Below are positions 37,680 through 50,760 of a stretch of 64,000 nucleotides of DNA, piece after piece. A program made the translations under genes and the position numbers. Within the stretch, counting starts at the first letter, position 1. Every line of letters begins with the position of its first letter. The stretch comes from Octopus sinensis. Its lineage: Eukaryota. The notes beneath the pieces are model-generated. The model saw nothing but the letters and a program-made list of their open reading frames with translations, had not been told where the DNA came from and did no database searches. Location: the NCBI RefSeq assembly GCF_006345805.1, contig NC_043001.1, forward strand, positions 62,558,001 through 62,622,000. The letters are read 5' to 3'.

Positions 37680-37829
37680 TATTTTCTCTTCCTGTTTATT
37701 TCTGTGTTCCTGTCTGTCGAAGAGCGTAAGCTCGAAACATAAAAGACTTTCTCACTTCCTGAGCGTTAAACTAACACATCTGTTTGTTGTTTACACACCC
37801 GTTTTCCTCTTTTGTTTTTTTGTAAATTC

Positions 37830-37835
<6 letters not shown>
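37680..37835 (+). mobile_element. Probable PLE 3' end with minimal hammerhead-like motif (37709-37747)
   Basis: CTGTCGAA-gagc gtaa gctc-GAAACATA-aaag. Homologous to 6930-7110. Confidence 0.5.
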
Positions 37836-37879
<44 letters not shown>

Positions 37880-37892
<13 letters not shown>

Positions 37893-38140
37893 GTATGTAT
37901 CTATATGTGCATGTCTTTGTGTCTGTGTTTGTTCTCCATCAGTGCTTGATAACTGATGTTGGTGTGTTTACTACATTCCCATTACTTAGTGGTTCAGCAA
38001 AAGAGACTGATAAAATATGTACTAGGCTTAAAAAAACGATAAGTCCTAGGTTGATTTGTTTAACTAAAACAATTCAAGGTAATGCTCCAGCATGGCCACA
38101 GTCAAATGACGAGTGAAACAAGTAAAAAAGGATAAAAGGA
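37880..38140 (-). mobile_element. SINE of a second family; also at ~58470-58660 (+) and in the 9985-10100/11315-11430 duplicates
   Basis: Shared blocks cctggtacttatt..., ctgaacc, aaacacaccaacat.ggttgtc, ggacaaacac. Confidence 0.6.
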
Positions 38141-38149
38141 TGCATGTAT

Positions 38150-38970
38150 ACATCTATGTACCCACAGTTTCATCTTCCATGCTGTACGTTAGAGAAAACT
38201 TAAGATCCCTATGTTCAATCCAATTCTTCCTAATTCTATCTTCTCCCACTCTTTCACGCTCATTTATTATTGTTATTCATTCATCTAATTTTGTCAAAGT
38301 TTGTCTGACCGAATACTGTTGGTTATAGCTCTATTTAAGAATGCAAATGTCCAATTCTATCTCGTTATTGTTATTCCTCCATACCAGCAGCCAGAGTGTT
38401 TGCTGTTTTGTGGTGTTATTCACCTAGTGGTTTGTATGATGGCAAATTAAATCTAATCGTTCAGTTACGTTACTCTAAATCCCCAAAATTTCATCTCGTG
38501 TTTTGTCTTCAGCCAGCCAAATCTGGTCTCTCTCTCTCTCTCTCACACTCAGTTCCGTTAGCTCTATTCAGATTCCCCTACCTTATAATCTAATATCTTG
38601 CCACACAAAGTAGAAGTCAAAGAAGATGTTCAGATAAGCGACTTTTGTTTCCAACCAAGCACACATCTAAGAACCTCTTTTAAAGCACAAATTATAATTA
38701 CTTTATTATTTCATTATCTATCTATATCCCCACAATTTCGTCTTCCATGCCATATGTTAGAGAAAACTTAAGATCCCTATTCTTCCTCTTTCTCCCTCTC
38801 TTTCACACTCATTTATTATTGTTATTCATTCATTTATCTAATTTTGTCACAGTTTGGTTGACCAAATACTGTTGGTTATAGCTCTAGTTAAGAATGCAAA
38901 TGTCCAGTTCTATCTCATTATTGTTATTATTATTTCTTCACACCATCAGCCAGAGTGTTTGCTAGTTTGT
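38150..38970. repeat. Direct repeat of ~240 bp (38150-38400 and 38720-38970)
   Basis: cccaca.tttc.tcttccatgc...gttagagaaaacttaagatccctat...aagaatgcaaatgtcca occurs twice. Family not identified. Confidence 0.8.
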
Positions 38971-39179
38971 GGTGAGCCTGCCCATCCCGCCCTCCCCCAC
39001 CTATACTGGATGTCTTTATCCTCTGACCTCTATGGGATGTCTTTCCCCTGAACACCTCCAATGACTTAAATGCTACCCCATCTCTACTTAGTGTTTATCT
39101 CAAATGGAGTGTAGTGATTATGTAGCACATGAAATGATGGTGTAGTGCATGCAGGTTGAAGGCTATTCTATGTTTATGA

Positions 39180-41550
39180 GTTCTACCAAATCCGAGCTTT
39201 CATTTCAGATACATGCTGCTGCTGTCTCTCATCCCAGGATCTTGTAGGCCCATGCTTTCCACACCTTCAGAGTTGGCACATTGAAAGGTAGGTCTGGTGA
39301 GATTGTTGAGACACTTGAATGGAGATGTGTAGATTTGTGCTGCATCCAAGAAGTAAGGTAGAGAAGGCATTCTGCTAAGTTCCTCACAGGCAAAGAACAT
39401 AGGTATAAGATTTTCTGGGTAGGGAACACTGATGGGGTGGGAGGCATGGGTATACTTCTTGTGAAGAAATGGATTGATACGGTAATCGAGGTAGTCAGAG
39501 TCTGTGATAGAATACTTAAGCTTAGATTAGTGATGCAACATGGATTAGCAACCATTATCTCAGCTTATGCCCCTCATCCAGGGCTATCTGATGAACAGAA
39601 AGACCGATTTTATGATACCCTCTTGCAGACTACCTCATCAATGAATGACAGGGACCTTCTCATTGTGGATGGCAACTTCAATGGGCATGTTGGACAATAA
39701 GCAGGGAGCTCCCACGGTGTACATGGTGGCTATATATTTGGTTCCCGCAATGCAGAGGGAACCAGGCTGCTGGAGTTCTGTGATGCAAATGATCTTATGG
39801 TCTGTAATACTAACTTCAGGAAACCTGCCAGTCACCTGTTCACCAACCAGGCTGGTGGACACATTAGTCAGATTCACTACATTCTCACCAGGAAACAGGA
39901 AAGATGGCTACTTATAAATGCCAAAACCTTCTCAGGTGAAGAATGCACCCCACAACATAGGTTAGTAGTCAGTGACTTGGGAATCAGGGCTAAATGGATG
40001 CCCAGAAGATGACCAGCATGGAAAAGAAGGGTCTGGGAGCTTAAGGATCCTCTCAATGGACAGACATTTAGAGACATTTTACTCAAAACTTTTCACAAAA
40101 AAGGAGGATATAGCATCATATAATGTGGAAGACAACTGGCGGTTCCTATGTGACAACCTGTTGAGGGCTAATGACCAGATCTGTGGATGGTGCAAAGTCC
40201 CCTCCCAACCTAAGGTAAATGTGGTGGTGGAACAATATAGTTGACAAGGCCATTAGGGAAAAGAAACAGGCATGGAAGGACTGGAAGAATGGTGATAGCA
40301 GGGAACTGTATCATATCATCAGAAGGGAAGCTAGGAGATATGTTTACATAGCTAGAGGAGAAGCAAATAAGAAAAAAATTGCCAATGTTCTGCATCATGA
40401 GGACCAAAGATTTAAAGTGTTTTGTGTTGCAAGACAGTGTGTCAGAGAGAATCATAATGTCATAGGAGAGAAATATGTAGACAAGACAAGTATAAGAATT
40501 GGATCAGAGTTAGAATTGGAGTTTGTGGTGGAAGTTGGTGTGCATCAGGGATCTGTGTTGTCACCATTGTTGTTTGCAACAGAGGTTGATGTGGTGATGG
40601 AGAGTGCAAGAAGGGATTGATAATGGAGATACTGTATGTGGATGACCTTGTTCTGATGAGTGAGATGATGGAGGGATTGAGGGAGAAGTTTTGGAAATGG
40701 AAGTAAGGGTTTGAAGGTAAACCTCAGGAAGACAAAGGTGATAGTGAGCGAATGGAAGAAGTGTTAGTGTGTAAGGTGGATCCATGTGGTGTATGTTGGA
40801 GGAGTGTAATGGCAAATATGGTGTTGCGTATGAGATGTGAGAAATGGATTCATGGTAGATGTGCGAAAATGAAGAAGGTGACCCCCAGACTGGTGAGAGA
40901 GTTTGTTTCTGGAAGATGTAAGAAAGGAGCTGGAGGGCTGGTGGAACCAATGGAAACACTATGTGATGAGGTGGAAATAGTGAGAGGGTTTTGTTATTTG
41001 GGAGATAGAGTGGATATAAGTGGTGGATGTGAAGCAGCTGTGACAGCAAGAGTGAGATGTGGCTGGGTGAAGTTCAGGAAGGGTCTATAAGAGTTGTGTG
41101 AGAGCTGTTGCAATGTTGTATGGGAATGAGACATGGTATCTGAAGGAGAGAGAGATGGTAATTTTGAGGACTAAGAGAGCAATGGTGAGAGAAATGTGTG
41201 GGGTGAAGCTGTTTGATAAGAGGAGGACTGAGGATTTGATGGAAATGCTAGGGTTGAAGGAATCAGTAGAATGGTTGGCAAGGTCAAATGGAGAGAGGTG
41301 GTATGAGCATATGTTGAGGAGGGATGAAGAGCATGTTCTGAGGAGGGTGATTGTGTTTGAGGAAAATTGAGCACAAAAGCAAGGTAGACTGAGGAAAAGG
41401 TGGAGGAGGAGATTGGGAGGGTTGGTTTGAAAAAAGGAGGATGCCCAAAACCTGACGAGATGGTATGAGGGCGGTTGCTATGACATCAAGGTAGATCTGG
41501 TCACTCCCGTTAATGGGGACAAAACTTGGATTTAAAACACTGGATGATGA
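39180..41550 (+). mobile_element. Degraded RTE LINE; APE half and RT half appear to come from different subfamilies
   Basis: APE: GMGILL, IISAYAP, DGNFNGHVG, MVCNTNFRKP. Then a jump to GVHQGSVLSPLLF, YVDDL, PHD remnant and WYEHMLRR, with a short ...ggatgatga tail. Confidence 0.85.
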
Positions 41551-41559
41551 ATATATTAT

Positions 41560-42478
41560 ACATTATTCACACATGGCAGTATGTGAATAATATTAAGATC
41601 AACTTTTAATCACTTGCAGCCAATTTGATGCTTTACCACTAATTCAATTTTAGCTCAATCTTAATTCGGTATTTTGCACTATGATGAACTAATGGTAAGC
41701 TATATTTTGACATAAAATAATTGAAATTTGGTTCAGCAGAAAAAAAGTTATGATAAAATATGTAGGGCTCAAAATGGGAGAGTAATGCCCGATAGTTACT
41801 TTGACTCATAATTTCTCAGTTATTTAAAAGAAAACTATACCCTAATTATAACCTTATAAAAGAACTCAATAAGTAGAATCTTTTGGTGAAGACCTCACTA
41901 AAAGACATGAGATGGAAAAAAAGTTATGCAGTTCTAAGTAGCCAAAAATTGGTAAGTAACGCCTAAAACTGATCTTGACTCAAAATATCTCAGGTATTTC
42001 AAAAGTAAACTATACTTTCATTATATTTTTTTAAAAGTACTTGATGAGTAGATTCTTCTGGTGAAAACCCTGTTAAAAGATATTAGATAGAAAAAAGTTA
42101 TCCAGCTTTAAGTTATGAAAATAATGATAATTTGTTGTTTCCAACTTTTACTCACTCACAACCAATTTAACACTTTACCACTAATTCAGTTTTAGCTCAA
42201 TCTTAATTTGGTGTTTTGCACTTTGTTGGGCCAAAGGTAAGCTACATTTTGACATAAAATAATCGAAATTTGGTTCAGTAGAAAAAATGTTATGATAAAA
42301 AATGTAGAGCCAAAAATGGGAGAGTAATGCCTAATATTTACTTTGACTTGTAATTTCTCAGTTATTTAGCAGGAAAACTATACTTTAATTATGACTATTT
42401 AAAAGAACTCAATAAGTAGAATATTTTTTGATGTAGGCCTTGTTAAAAGATATCAGCTAGAAAAAAAGTTATGCAGCT
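41560..42478. repeat. Unclassified AT-rich element with ~540-bp internal direct repeat, interrupted by the piggyBac; continues at 43553-43650 and ~45270-45460
   Basis: ccaatttgatgctttaccactaattc (41620) recurs at ~42160. Recurring aaaagttatgcagcttt and ttgactcaaaatatctcagg motifs. Confidence 0.55.
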
Positions 42479-42482
42479 TTAA

Positions 42483-43548
42483 CCCTTTCATTACCAAACC
42501 GCCCCAAAAAAATTTTGGTTAATGTGACCAAACCGACCAAAGCCGCCCGAATTTACCTATTCATATTTAAATGAGAATATCAAAGCAAATCTCTTTAGTA
42601 CATTCGTGAAAATACGTATTATACTTTGTAAAGAGTTCAACTACAGTTTAGTACAAAAATCGAAGTGTAATTTTAATTCCGTGAATTTTGGGAGATTTTT
42701 TTCCGAAATTTGTTCCTATTGTGTTTTCAAAATTTGTAATTCTGACAAAAAATGGATACGAATTTCATTATATCAAGCAGCGAGTCAGAATTCGAAGGAT
42801 TTTCTACTGAAGACCTTCATAAATCTAACTCTATGACTGAAAAAAAAAAGCATGTGGTATTTGATAATGAATCTGATGTTTCATTTTCCGAAAGTGAAAA
42901 CAGTGAATCCGAGAGCTCCGACAGCGATAAAGAAAATGAATTGGCACCTGAATGGAGTGAAAATTTAAAAACTGTTTCTTTCGGTGATTTTTCTGAAGAA
43001 ACTGGACCAAGCCACAGACTTTCCCAGAAGAGTAAAGCTTTAGACTATTTCCTTTTACTTTTTCGAATGAGCCTATTTGAAATCATTACGGCGGAAACGA
43101 ACCGTTACGCTAAATGTAAACAAAACGAAAGAAAGGATAGTTTGTGGTTTCCCACAACCTTAAATGAAATTAAGACTATTTTGCCATAAATATTATTATG
43201 GGTATCAGAAAGTTACCCAGAATAACAAATTCTATCGTAAAATTTTGTTGTATACCCAATTGAATAACCCATTTTCTATAGCAATGTTTGAACAAAATTT
43301 TAATAATTTTATATTTTGTTGAATTTACCTGTATCTACCTGCAATTAGAGTCACTTTGTGACAAAAATTATAGTATAGAATTGGTTGAGAACATTTCATT
43401 AAATTATCTTCCAAAAATCAGATTAATATATTGATAAATAAAAAAGTTATAGCTGTTTAATGAAACCAGACTAAATTTATGATTACGTTAGAAATTAATT
43501 GAAACACATAAGGGGTGTATTTTGGTCAGAAATATAGTAACGAAAGGG
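42483..43548 (+). mobile_element. piggyBac deletion derivative retaining the transposase N-terminus; same family as 4442-5725
   Basis: TTAA at 42479-42482 and 43549-43552. TIRs ccctttcattac / gtaacgaaaggg. ORF 42752-43189 has an acidic N-terminus then ALDYFLLLF..LFEIITAETNRYA..WFPTTLNEIK (PGBD4-like). Confidence 0.92.
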
Positions 43549-43689
43549 TTAAGTAGCCAAAAAATTGGCAACACCTAAACTTGATTTTTACTCAAAATAT
43601 CTCAGGTATTTCAAATTCAAACTATACTTCAATTATACCCACTTTTAGAGAGAAGATATATTACTACGTATGAGTGAAGTGAACAAAGT

Positions 43690-44760
43690 CCAATTTCAGA
43701 CTTGCAGAAGTGCTATAGGAGGGAGAATCACTACAACAGCTTACCCAGGGACTTTCAGCTCTTCTTCTGAAAGAACAGTTGGGCAGTGCAGAGCTCAAAG
43801 TTCAAGTGAAGCACGGCTAGAGCTCTGGAACTTGAGTCATATGTAAAGTCTCACACAGGAAGATTCTAGGTGGACTACAGTTCCAGATTCAAAGCAAGGA
43901 AGGGGCAAGTACGTGAAGCAGGAAGATTTAATGAAAGTTGCTGGTACTGCAAGAAGGTCAGACATAAAAGAGAAAGCTATTTGAAGAAAAAAGAACAAAA
44001 GATGGTTGAAATAAATTGTTGGCACTGTGAGAAGCCAGGACACAAGATACAAGATTGTTACAGCTTGAAGAAAGAGCAAAAGCAGGACAGTAGTAAAAAG
44101 TTCACACTTAGAAGAGAGTGCTGGATATGTGGTGAAAAGGGACATCTCAGTTTTTACTGCCCCACATGAAAGAAGGATAGTAAGAAGATAATGAAAGACA
44201 AAGGAGAGTCAGAAAACTAGAAGAGGCTGGTGTTAAGGGGCAACTGCCAGCCAAATATTCCAAAGAAGCCCCAACCCTGAGATGTAAAAGGACTGTAATT
44301 AACAACATAGAATTGATGGCCAGAAGTGCTGCCTTGTGATTGGTTCAGCCTTGGAGTAGACTTTTGTGAGACTTGAGATGTTACAGCATCGAGACCTACC
44401 AGAGTCATCACAGCAATTGTGTGGTGTTACCAGGCACTGTACTGAACTGCGAGGACCAGTTGATGTACTGACTGAAGTTGCAGGACAAAAGGTCATGCTT
44501 CCAGTCTATGTGATGGAGATGGAGTATCCTTGTCTCTTAGATCTGGACTACTTGCCGACTATGGTGTGTCACTTGGACTTCTGCTCCATGAAGCTTTGGG
44601 TGAAACGAAGATTAGTCCCTGTCAAGATGGTAAAGCAGACTATTGCTGGTGGTGAATTGAAAGCGTTATGGACGACAGTGATCCCAATAAAATCAGAACT
44701 ACTGCTCCAGTGTAGTGTGAAGCACCATATTGACACAGCGTAAAGAAATAGAACATTGTA
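43690..44760 (+). mobile_element. Gypsy-like gag-protease remnant
   Basis: Three CCHC-type knuckles (CWYCKKVRH, CWHCEKPGHKIQDC, CWICGEKGHLSFYC), then a degenerate aspartic protease region (IDGQKCC.VIGSA, PCLLDLDYL). Confidence 0.7.
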
Positions 44761-45828
44761 AAAAAGCAGTCAATGCGAGATAAAAGAAATGTTGAGTGAG
44801 AATTGCACAATATTCATCAAAACTTTGTAGAGGAGACCTAATCTTTCCACAAAGTCAAAGAATAGCATACATAGCAGTTGATAAGAAAAAACTTGAAACA
44901 GAAAATAGATCTTTTAATGAAATAAAACTGAAAGAACAAGTCTTCTCACTGAACAGTGACAACAGTTGACTGTCAGAAAGTAAATTTTAACTTATCTGGG
45001 AAATTAATGAACTAAAAGTGAATATGTTACAAAAACAAAATAAAAAGAGACCCAAGAAATTAATGAACTAAAGACAAATATCTTACAAAAAAAAAAACAG
45101 GATGCATTAAAGGACTGCTGTATAAAAGATGTAAATTTGAATTCTGCTCTCTGGTTTTGCAAGCGAAGATGGAAAAGATAATTAATTGTGATCAAATGAC
45201 TGTTCAAAATGTAGGTGGTATGATTTACTGTGTGGCTGATCTATAAGTACTATTGAACATGTGGCAAGTTTAGTTATGCAGCTTTAAGTGGTCAAAAAAT
45301 AGGTAAATAAACCCCAAGATTGACTTTAACTCAAAATATCACAGCTGTTTGAAAAGCAAACTATACTTTATTTGCATTCAAATGAAAGATTTCCACCACT
45401 TGTATCTTTTCTTACTAACCCCATAAAAATATATTAAAGAGAAAAAAAGTTATGCAGCTTTCAATAATTACCATGTCTTGCAATTACAAAGATACTTAAA
45501 TGACAACTTGGCAATACAAAGCAAATCCAGTCTATAATTGTTTTGTTTTTTAGTCAATCTACTCTCCTAATTCATTTGATTTCTCATTGCTCATAGATAT
45601 TGCTTTATATTTTTTTTATTATTGCTCTCTTTTTAAAAAAATTTATTCTAAATAGGCAGATATCAATACTCAATGTAAAGAAAGCGCTATTCAATTTAGT
45701 ATTTCTAACAAAAAAGAATAGGCATCAATTATTGATCAATAGGAAATTAAATAATATGAAAAAGTAAGCTAAATTTATTATTAGAATAAACATTATTAAT
45801 TTTTCTGCATTGTCTGTAAAGAAAGTGA

Positions 45829-46667
45829 ACTAGAATGAAAAATGCGAGCAAGAGATAACAATATTCTTAAGTATTTAACAAACCCGGAAAATACAAGACA
45901 AGAAGTAAGCCTGAAATAAAAGAAAAGTGCTTAAAATATTGCAGCTAAAATAAAATTTGAATGGGTTGCCAATTAAATAAAATATTCAAATAAGCCAAGC
46001 CATTCAATACTGATCAACCATTTTTCACCCAAATTATTTCACTATTGCTGAGCTTGACTATAAATAAATTTTAAATTTCAATATATGAAAATAAAGTGAT
46101 AACTGCCATAATATTTTGTAACATTAATAGTTAAAATTACTTTATTTACTGAAAATTTTGACAAAATTGTGCTCCAGTATGGCAACAGTCAAATGGCTGA
46201 AACAAATAAAAGAATAAAGTAGGTAAATAAATTAAATGTTTGGCTATAGTACAATTTAAGCCTATTTAAGTAATCAGATGTTTTCATTACTTTATTTTTG
46301 GCAAAAACTATTTTACTTTTAAAATTTTAATTTTTAGTTAGTTAACTGTTTGTCAGTTTATTTTACTGCTAGGTAATCCGTTTCCCTCAAATAAATGCAG
46401 ATGTCAATCATAATGAAAGAAAATAAAGATTATCTTTATAACATTGTATTAATAATAAATAAACAAAAATGAATCTCCATTTCAAAAATCTTAAAACAAT
46501 TTTTATTTGATACATGGGAATTTATGATAAAGCATTAGATTATTTTTTATCAAATTTTATATTTAGCTGCAATATTTTAAGCTTTCTTTTATTTTAGGTT
46601 TACTTATTGTCTTGTATTTTTCCAGGTTTGAATATTGTTACCCTTTGCTCACATTTTTTATTCTAGT
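45829..46667. mobile_element. AT-rich fold-back/MITE-like element with ~130-bp imperfect TIRs
   Basis: actagaatgaaaaatgcgagcaagag...gcagctaaaataaaatttga vs tcaaattttatatttagctgc...ctttgctcacattttttattctagt. No TSD seen. Confidence 0.55.
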
Positions 46668-46728
46668 ATATTATGTATAATATATATATTATGTTTAATA
46701 TAAATAATATATTATATATAGAGATATA

Positions 46729-47170
46729 TCTCTTATTATAGAAGGCAGATTTTATCTGCCTCCCTTTGGGAGTTATAGAAATCTACGATATAGGATTTCT
46801 TCAATTACAATTTACCTAGCATTTTTAAGAGTACAATGCATCGCGTCATGCCAGGTCCAGTTTTTAAAATTTAAACTCCAATTAAGCAAAATTTACAGAA
46901 AACTCACATTCTGGTGTGTGTGTCAAATGCTTTTCTTAGTCTGGTTTACACCACACGCAAACGCACACACACAGTGGGCAACGAATAAAATGAAAGTAAA
47001 TAGCGACAGAGTGATTTGAGGAAGACTAAACTGAAAGTATTCTGTCTATGACGCTGATAGATACATGAGTAAAATGTATGGGAAGCTAAGAACTAAGAGT
47101 GAGTGAAAATGTTCTTGGAAGAGAATAAATAGCGAGAGAGAGAGAGTGATTTGAGGAAGACTTTCATTAA
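46729..47170 (+). mobile_element. Helitron-like 5' fragment
   Basis: Starts A|TCtcttattatagaaggcagattttatctgcc within (TA)n. No 3' CTAG seen. Confidence 0.4.
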
Positions 47171-47204
47171 ATAACCGTAGTGGCTTGTGTTAGTAATAAA
47201 GTAA

Positions 47205-47470
47205 ACATACACTCATACATACATACATACATACATGCATACATACACACACACACACATACACACACACATACATACACACACACATACATACATACAC
47301 ACATACATACATATACATACATACATACATATACATACATACATACACACACACACATACACACACACATACATACACACACACATACATACATACACAC
47401 ATACATACATATACATACATACATACATATACATACATACATACACACACACACATACACACACACACAG
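47205..47470. repeat. Compound (ACAT)n/(AC)n microsatellite
   Basis: Seen directly. Confidence 0.95.
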
Positions 47471-47599
47471 TATTGAAGCTTGAGAACAATCAGATACATT
47501 TGCAACACATCTGTTGAAAATATTATTGTTCACACACATACATATACATATATACATACAGACAGACAGACAGATAGACACATACACACACACACACAT

Positions 47600-48015
47600 G
47601 ATCCAGCATGGCCACAACCTCAAGGCTGAAACATATAAAAGAATAACAGAATATAAATGTGTGCAAAGTACAAGAAATATTAATGCAGTATATGGGGATT
47701 GGACAATAAGCGTAAGGCAGTGTCAATGGTGGTTCCAGAAATCCCGAGCCATAAACTACAGCCTAGAAGACGAGCCTCATCCTGAAAGATCTGTAGAACT
47801 CGACAAGGACATCCTGAAAACCCTGGTGGAACAAAATATCATCGTAACTGTTGAGGAACTAGCAGAGAAGCTTGGATTTGGTCATTCAACCATTCATTGA
47901 GACCTGTGTGCTATCGGAAAAGTCAGCAAATTGGGTCAATGGGTTCCTCACGAACTTTCCGAGTCTAATTGCATGCAGAGAGCGAATGTATGCTTTTCTT
48001 TGCTGTCACATCTCA
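47600..48015 (+). mobile_element. Mariner transposase N-terminal fragment
   Basis: RNINAVYGD..ISVRQCQWWFQK...LEDEPHPERS..TVEELAEKLG..HSTIH, then KLGQWVPHELS (WVPHEL motif). Confidence 0.88.
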
Positions 48016-48035
48016 CCACTACTGCGCTATGTATA

Positions 48036-48672
48036 TCTATATATATAAAACTGTAGTTGTGTGAGTGTCTGTCCCCTTCGATTTAGATTCCTAACTACTC
48101 CCACATTTTGCGGTGCAGTTTAACCAAATTCGGGTAGCTTATAGTCGTGATTCATATCGAGCCCGTCTGAATATTAGCGCACGTCTACGATGAGTCTACG
48201 ATTTTAAAAATAATTTAACATCATTTTTTATTCCATTTTAATGCATAATTTTTCGTGTGTCGATGGCGGCGGAGTTGGCGTCCACGCTCACACCTGCACC
48301 TGTGGGGAAAGGAGTGTAAGGAAATCAACGTCGTAATGCGTTGTCAAGGAGACCAGTGTTCTTTTAGAACAACGACTTCATGGCTTGAAGACACCAAAAC
48401 AGAAATGGCTAAGAAAGCGTCTACATGAGTCTACGATTTTAAAAAAAATTTACCATCGTTTTTTTCCATTTTAATGCATTTTTTCGCTATTATATAAGGG
48501 AAGTAACTCTCTAAAAGTGTCTACGATGAGTCAACGATTTTTAAAAAAAATTTACCATCATATTTTTTCCATTTTTAATGCATTTTTTGCTATTTTTTTG
48601 CTATAACTCTCTAAAAATGCTTATATAGTTATTTCCCTTACAAACCCGAGCAACGCCGGGCGATACTGCTAG
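48036..48672 (+). mobile_element. Complete 637-bp non-autonomous Helitron
   Basis: A|TC 5' end at 48036. 3' hairpin cccgagcaacgccggg at 48645-48660, CTAG at 48669-48672, then T. No TSD. Confidence 0.9.
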
Positions 48673-48725
48673 TATCATATATAATAGAAATAATATATTA
48701 TAAACATACATACATATATACATTA

Positions 48726-49570
48726 CAGGGTGCAGACAGTATTCATTCACATGACTCTCTCAGGGAAAGATGTACAGTGTTGTTTTTTGAGATATATTCA
48801 TCAATTTTAGGTCAGTTTAGTTTTATGATATTCTGTTGATTTCATTTGATCAACCCAGCTTTGGCATCGAGGACACTCTCCAGGTGACAGCGGAACCAGC
48901 CATAGGCCTTTATCAATTTTTCACATTTTAAATCCCTGAAGGCCTTGGTTATCCTAGCCCTTAGCTCATCCTTAGTGTTGCAAATAGATATGTTGGTCTC
49001 TCATTCCATCGCACCCCACACAAAGGAGTCAAGGAGATTGCAGTCAGGCGAGTTGGGATACCAAGTGTCAGGTGCTGTGTGATTGAAGAAATTCTCTGAC
49101 AGCCAGGCCTGGGTCTTCCAGATGATGTGGAAAGGCACTGAGTCTTCCTGTCACATGTATAGCTACCCAGCAGCTATATGGTTGATCCAGAGCTTCACCA
49201 CCTCACTCAGAATATGGATGCAGCCATTGGTGTTCAGCCTGAGGCTCTTGGGGAAGAAGTAGGATAAGTGGTGACAATACTGAAGACCTTGATTATCACT
49301 GGAAATTTCATCTGCATGACTCTGGGCACATCTCTGAGTGAGACAGCAAATCACCCATTGTTCTGGGAGTTTTCTTGTCTTGCCAGAAATTCTTCTTGTC
49401 AGAGAAGAACCACAGCATGTCTGGTTCCAGTAAATATTTTGACTTGATCAGTTTCTTGGTGTGCTTAAGCCGCTTTTCCTGCATCACCATGAACAGAAAT
49501 TGTCCCTTCCTCATCTTGTATGAAAAGTAGGAAGTGTCCACATGCACTACTAGCCTGATGAACTTTTCAT
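48726..49570 (-). mobile_element. Tc1/mariner (maT/DD37D-like) transposase remnant
   Basis: Minus strand: FFSDKKNFWQD, LRLNTNGCI..VVKLWI..AAG, WYPNSPDCNLLDSFVWG. One TA-cagggtg terminus at 48724-48732. Confidence 0.75.
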
Positions 49571-49699
49571 CCACACCTTTCTCCTGTATGTATGTATGTA
49601 TGATGATGAACATTTGTGTGCATGCATACAAACACACGCATGGAGGCAAGACAAAAATTATATGCACTTTTGCATGACTTAAGCTTAATAAAACAAAAG

Positions 49700-50560
49700 C
49701 AGAGGTTGAACAATTACATCATTTTTCGAGAGTTTCCTTAGTTTTTGATGCACTTCTTCCAGTGGTCCTCAAGCCTACTTATTCCATCAGAAAAGGTTCT
49801 CAACTGGCTGAGAAGCCATCTATACACCACTTCATATGTTTCCACATTTGTAGCAAATCATCAACCTCAGAAAGGATGTCTGAGCAGTCCAAAGGTGATA
49901 GTTAGAAAGAACATCCCTATCCAATATGAACTACTATGTTCCCCTACTGACCAAAAACATCTTCCACCTCCTTTGCCTTCTCTCCCCTCTTCTCCTAACA
50001 AATTCTGACTACAACCTTCTCTTTCTCTCCTCCAACTGACATTCTTCCCCTTCATTTTTCTTTGACTCTGTTTAAATGTATTTACAGGGTGCCACAATAT
50101 ATTTATTTATTTATCTATTCTACAGTAGACATAGTAAATGACCCCAGCCTAAATTTACACAAACATTCCCTTAGCCAGACTCAATAATACCAAAGTTTTC
50201 CGCTACTCTCCCCTTCTTTTCTTTATTCATATTCTTATTCTTTTTCTTACCAAATTTAGACATTTACCCACTCCCATACATCATTTCTTCACACATACTT
50301 TCCCTTTTGCTTTCTCCTTCTATGCGCCCCATGCATTTTCAATCAAATCTTCTGCGAGTTAATATGGAACCCCTTGACCACAATGTAATTTTCGTTTGAC
50401 TAAGGTATCTTTGGCTTGATGAGTAGCTAATGGAGTATCCCTCGTTTGGGTAATTACTACTTCTGAGGTTCTGCTAGGAAACATATGTAGCCTGGATTTT
50501 ATCTACTCCATTCCCTAAATTTAGATTTTTATTCATATACACAGCAACCCCAATTGCTAA
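49700..50560 (+). mobile_element. Penelope-like element 3' fragment; same family as 19700-22520
   Basis: The 3' region from ~50200 aligns with 22150-22520, including the hammerhead and gtagcctggatttt flank. Confidence 0.6.
50413..50492 (+). ncRNA. Type I hammerhead-like motif (degenerate; paralog of 22402-22476)
   Basis: ggc-TTGATGA-gtagc..gctag-GAAAC-ATAT-GTA-gcc. Confidence 0.6.
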
Positions 50561-50760
50561 CTGGGAATTATAAAATAACTTTTTTCAGTTTATCAAACTT
50601 CGATACGGGAAAAATTTACAACCTTCTATGTCAATAAACTATTATTGTTCCTGAAAGTTGTTTTTTATACCTTCTACAGACTGCTTGAAGCTTACTAACT
50701 CCCTACACCTTGATCCATGGATTTTACCTTTACATATGTACATATATATATGTAATTTAA

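Noticed and set aside
43870-44169. Triple CCHC ORF as a host CNBP-like zinc-knuckle gene
   Set aside because: It is followed directly by a retroviral-type protease remnant and the knuckles are degenerate, which fits a decayed gag.
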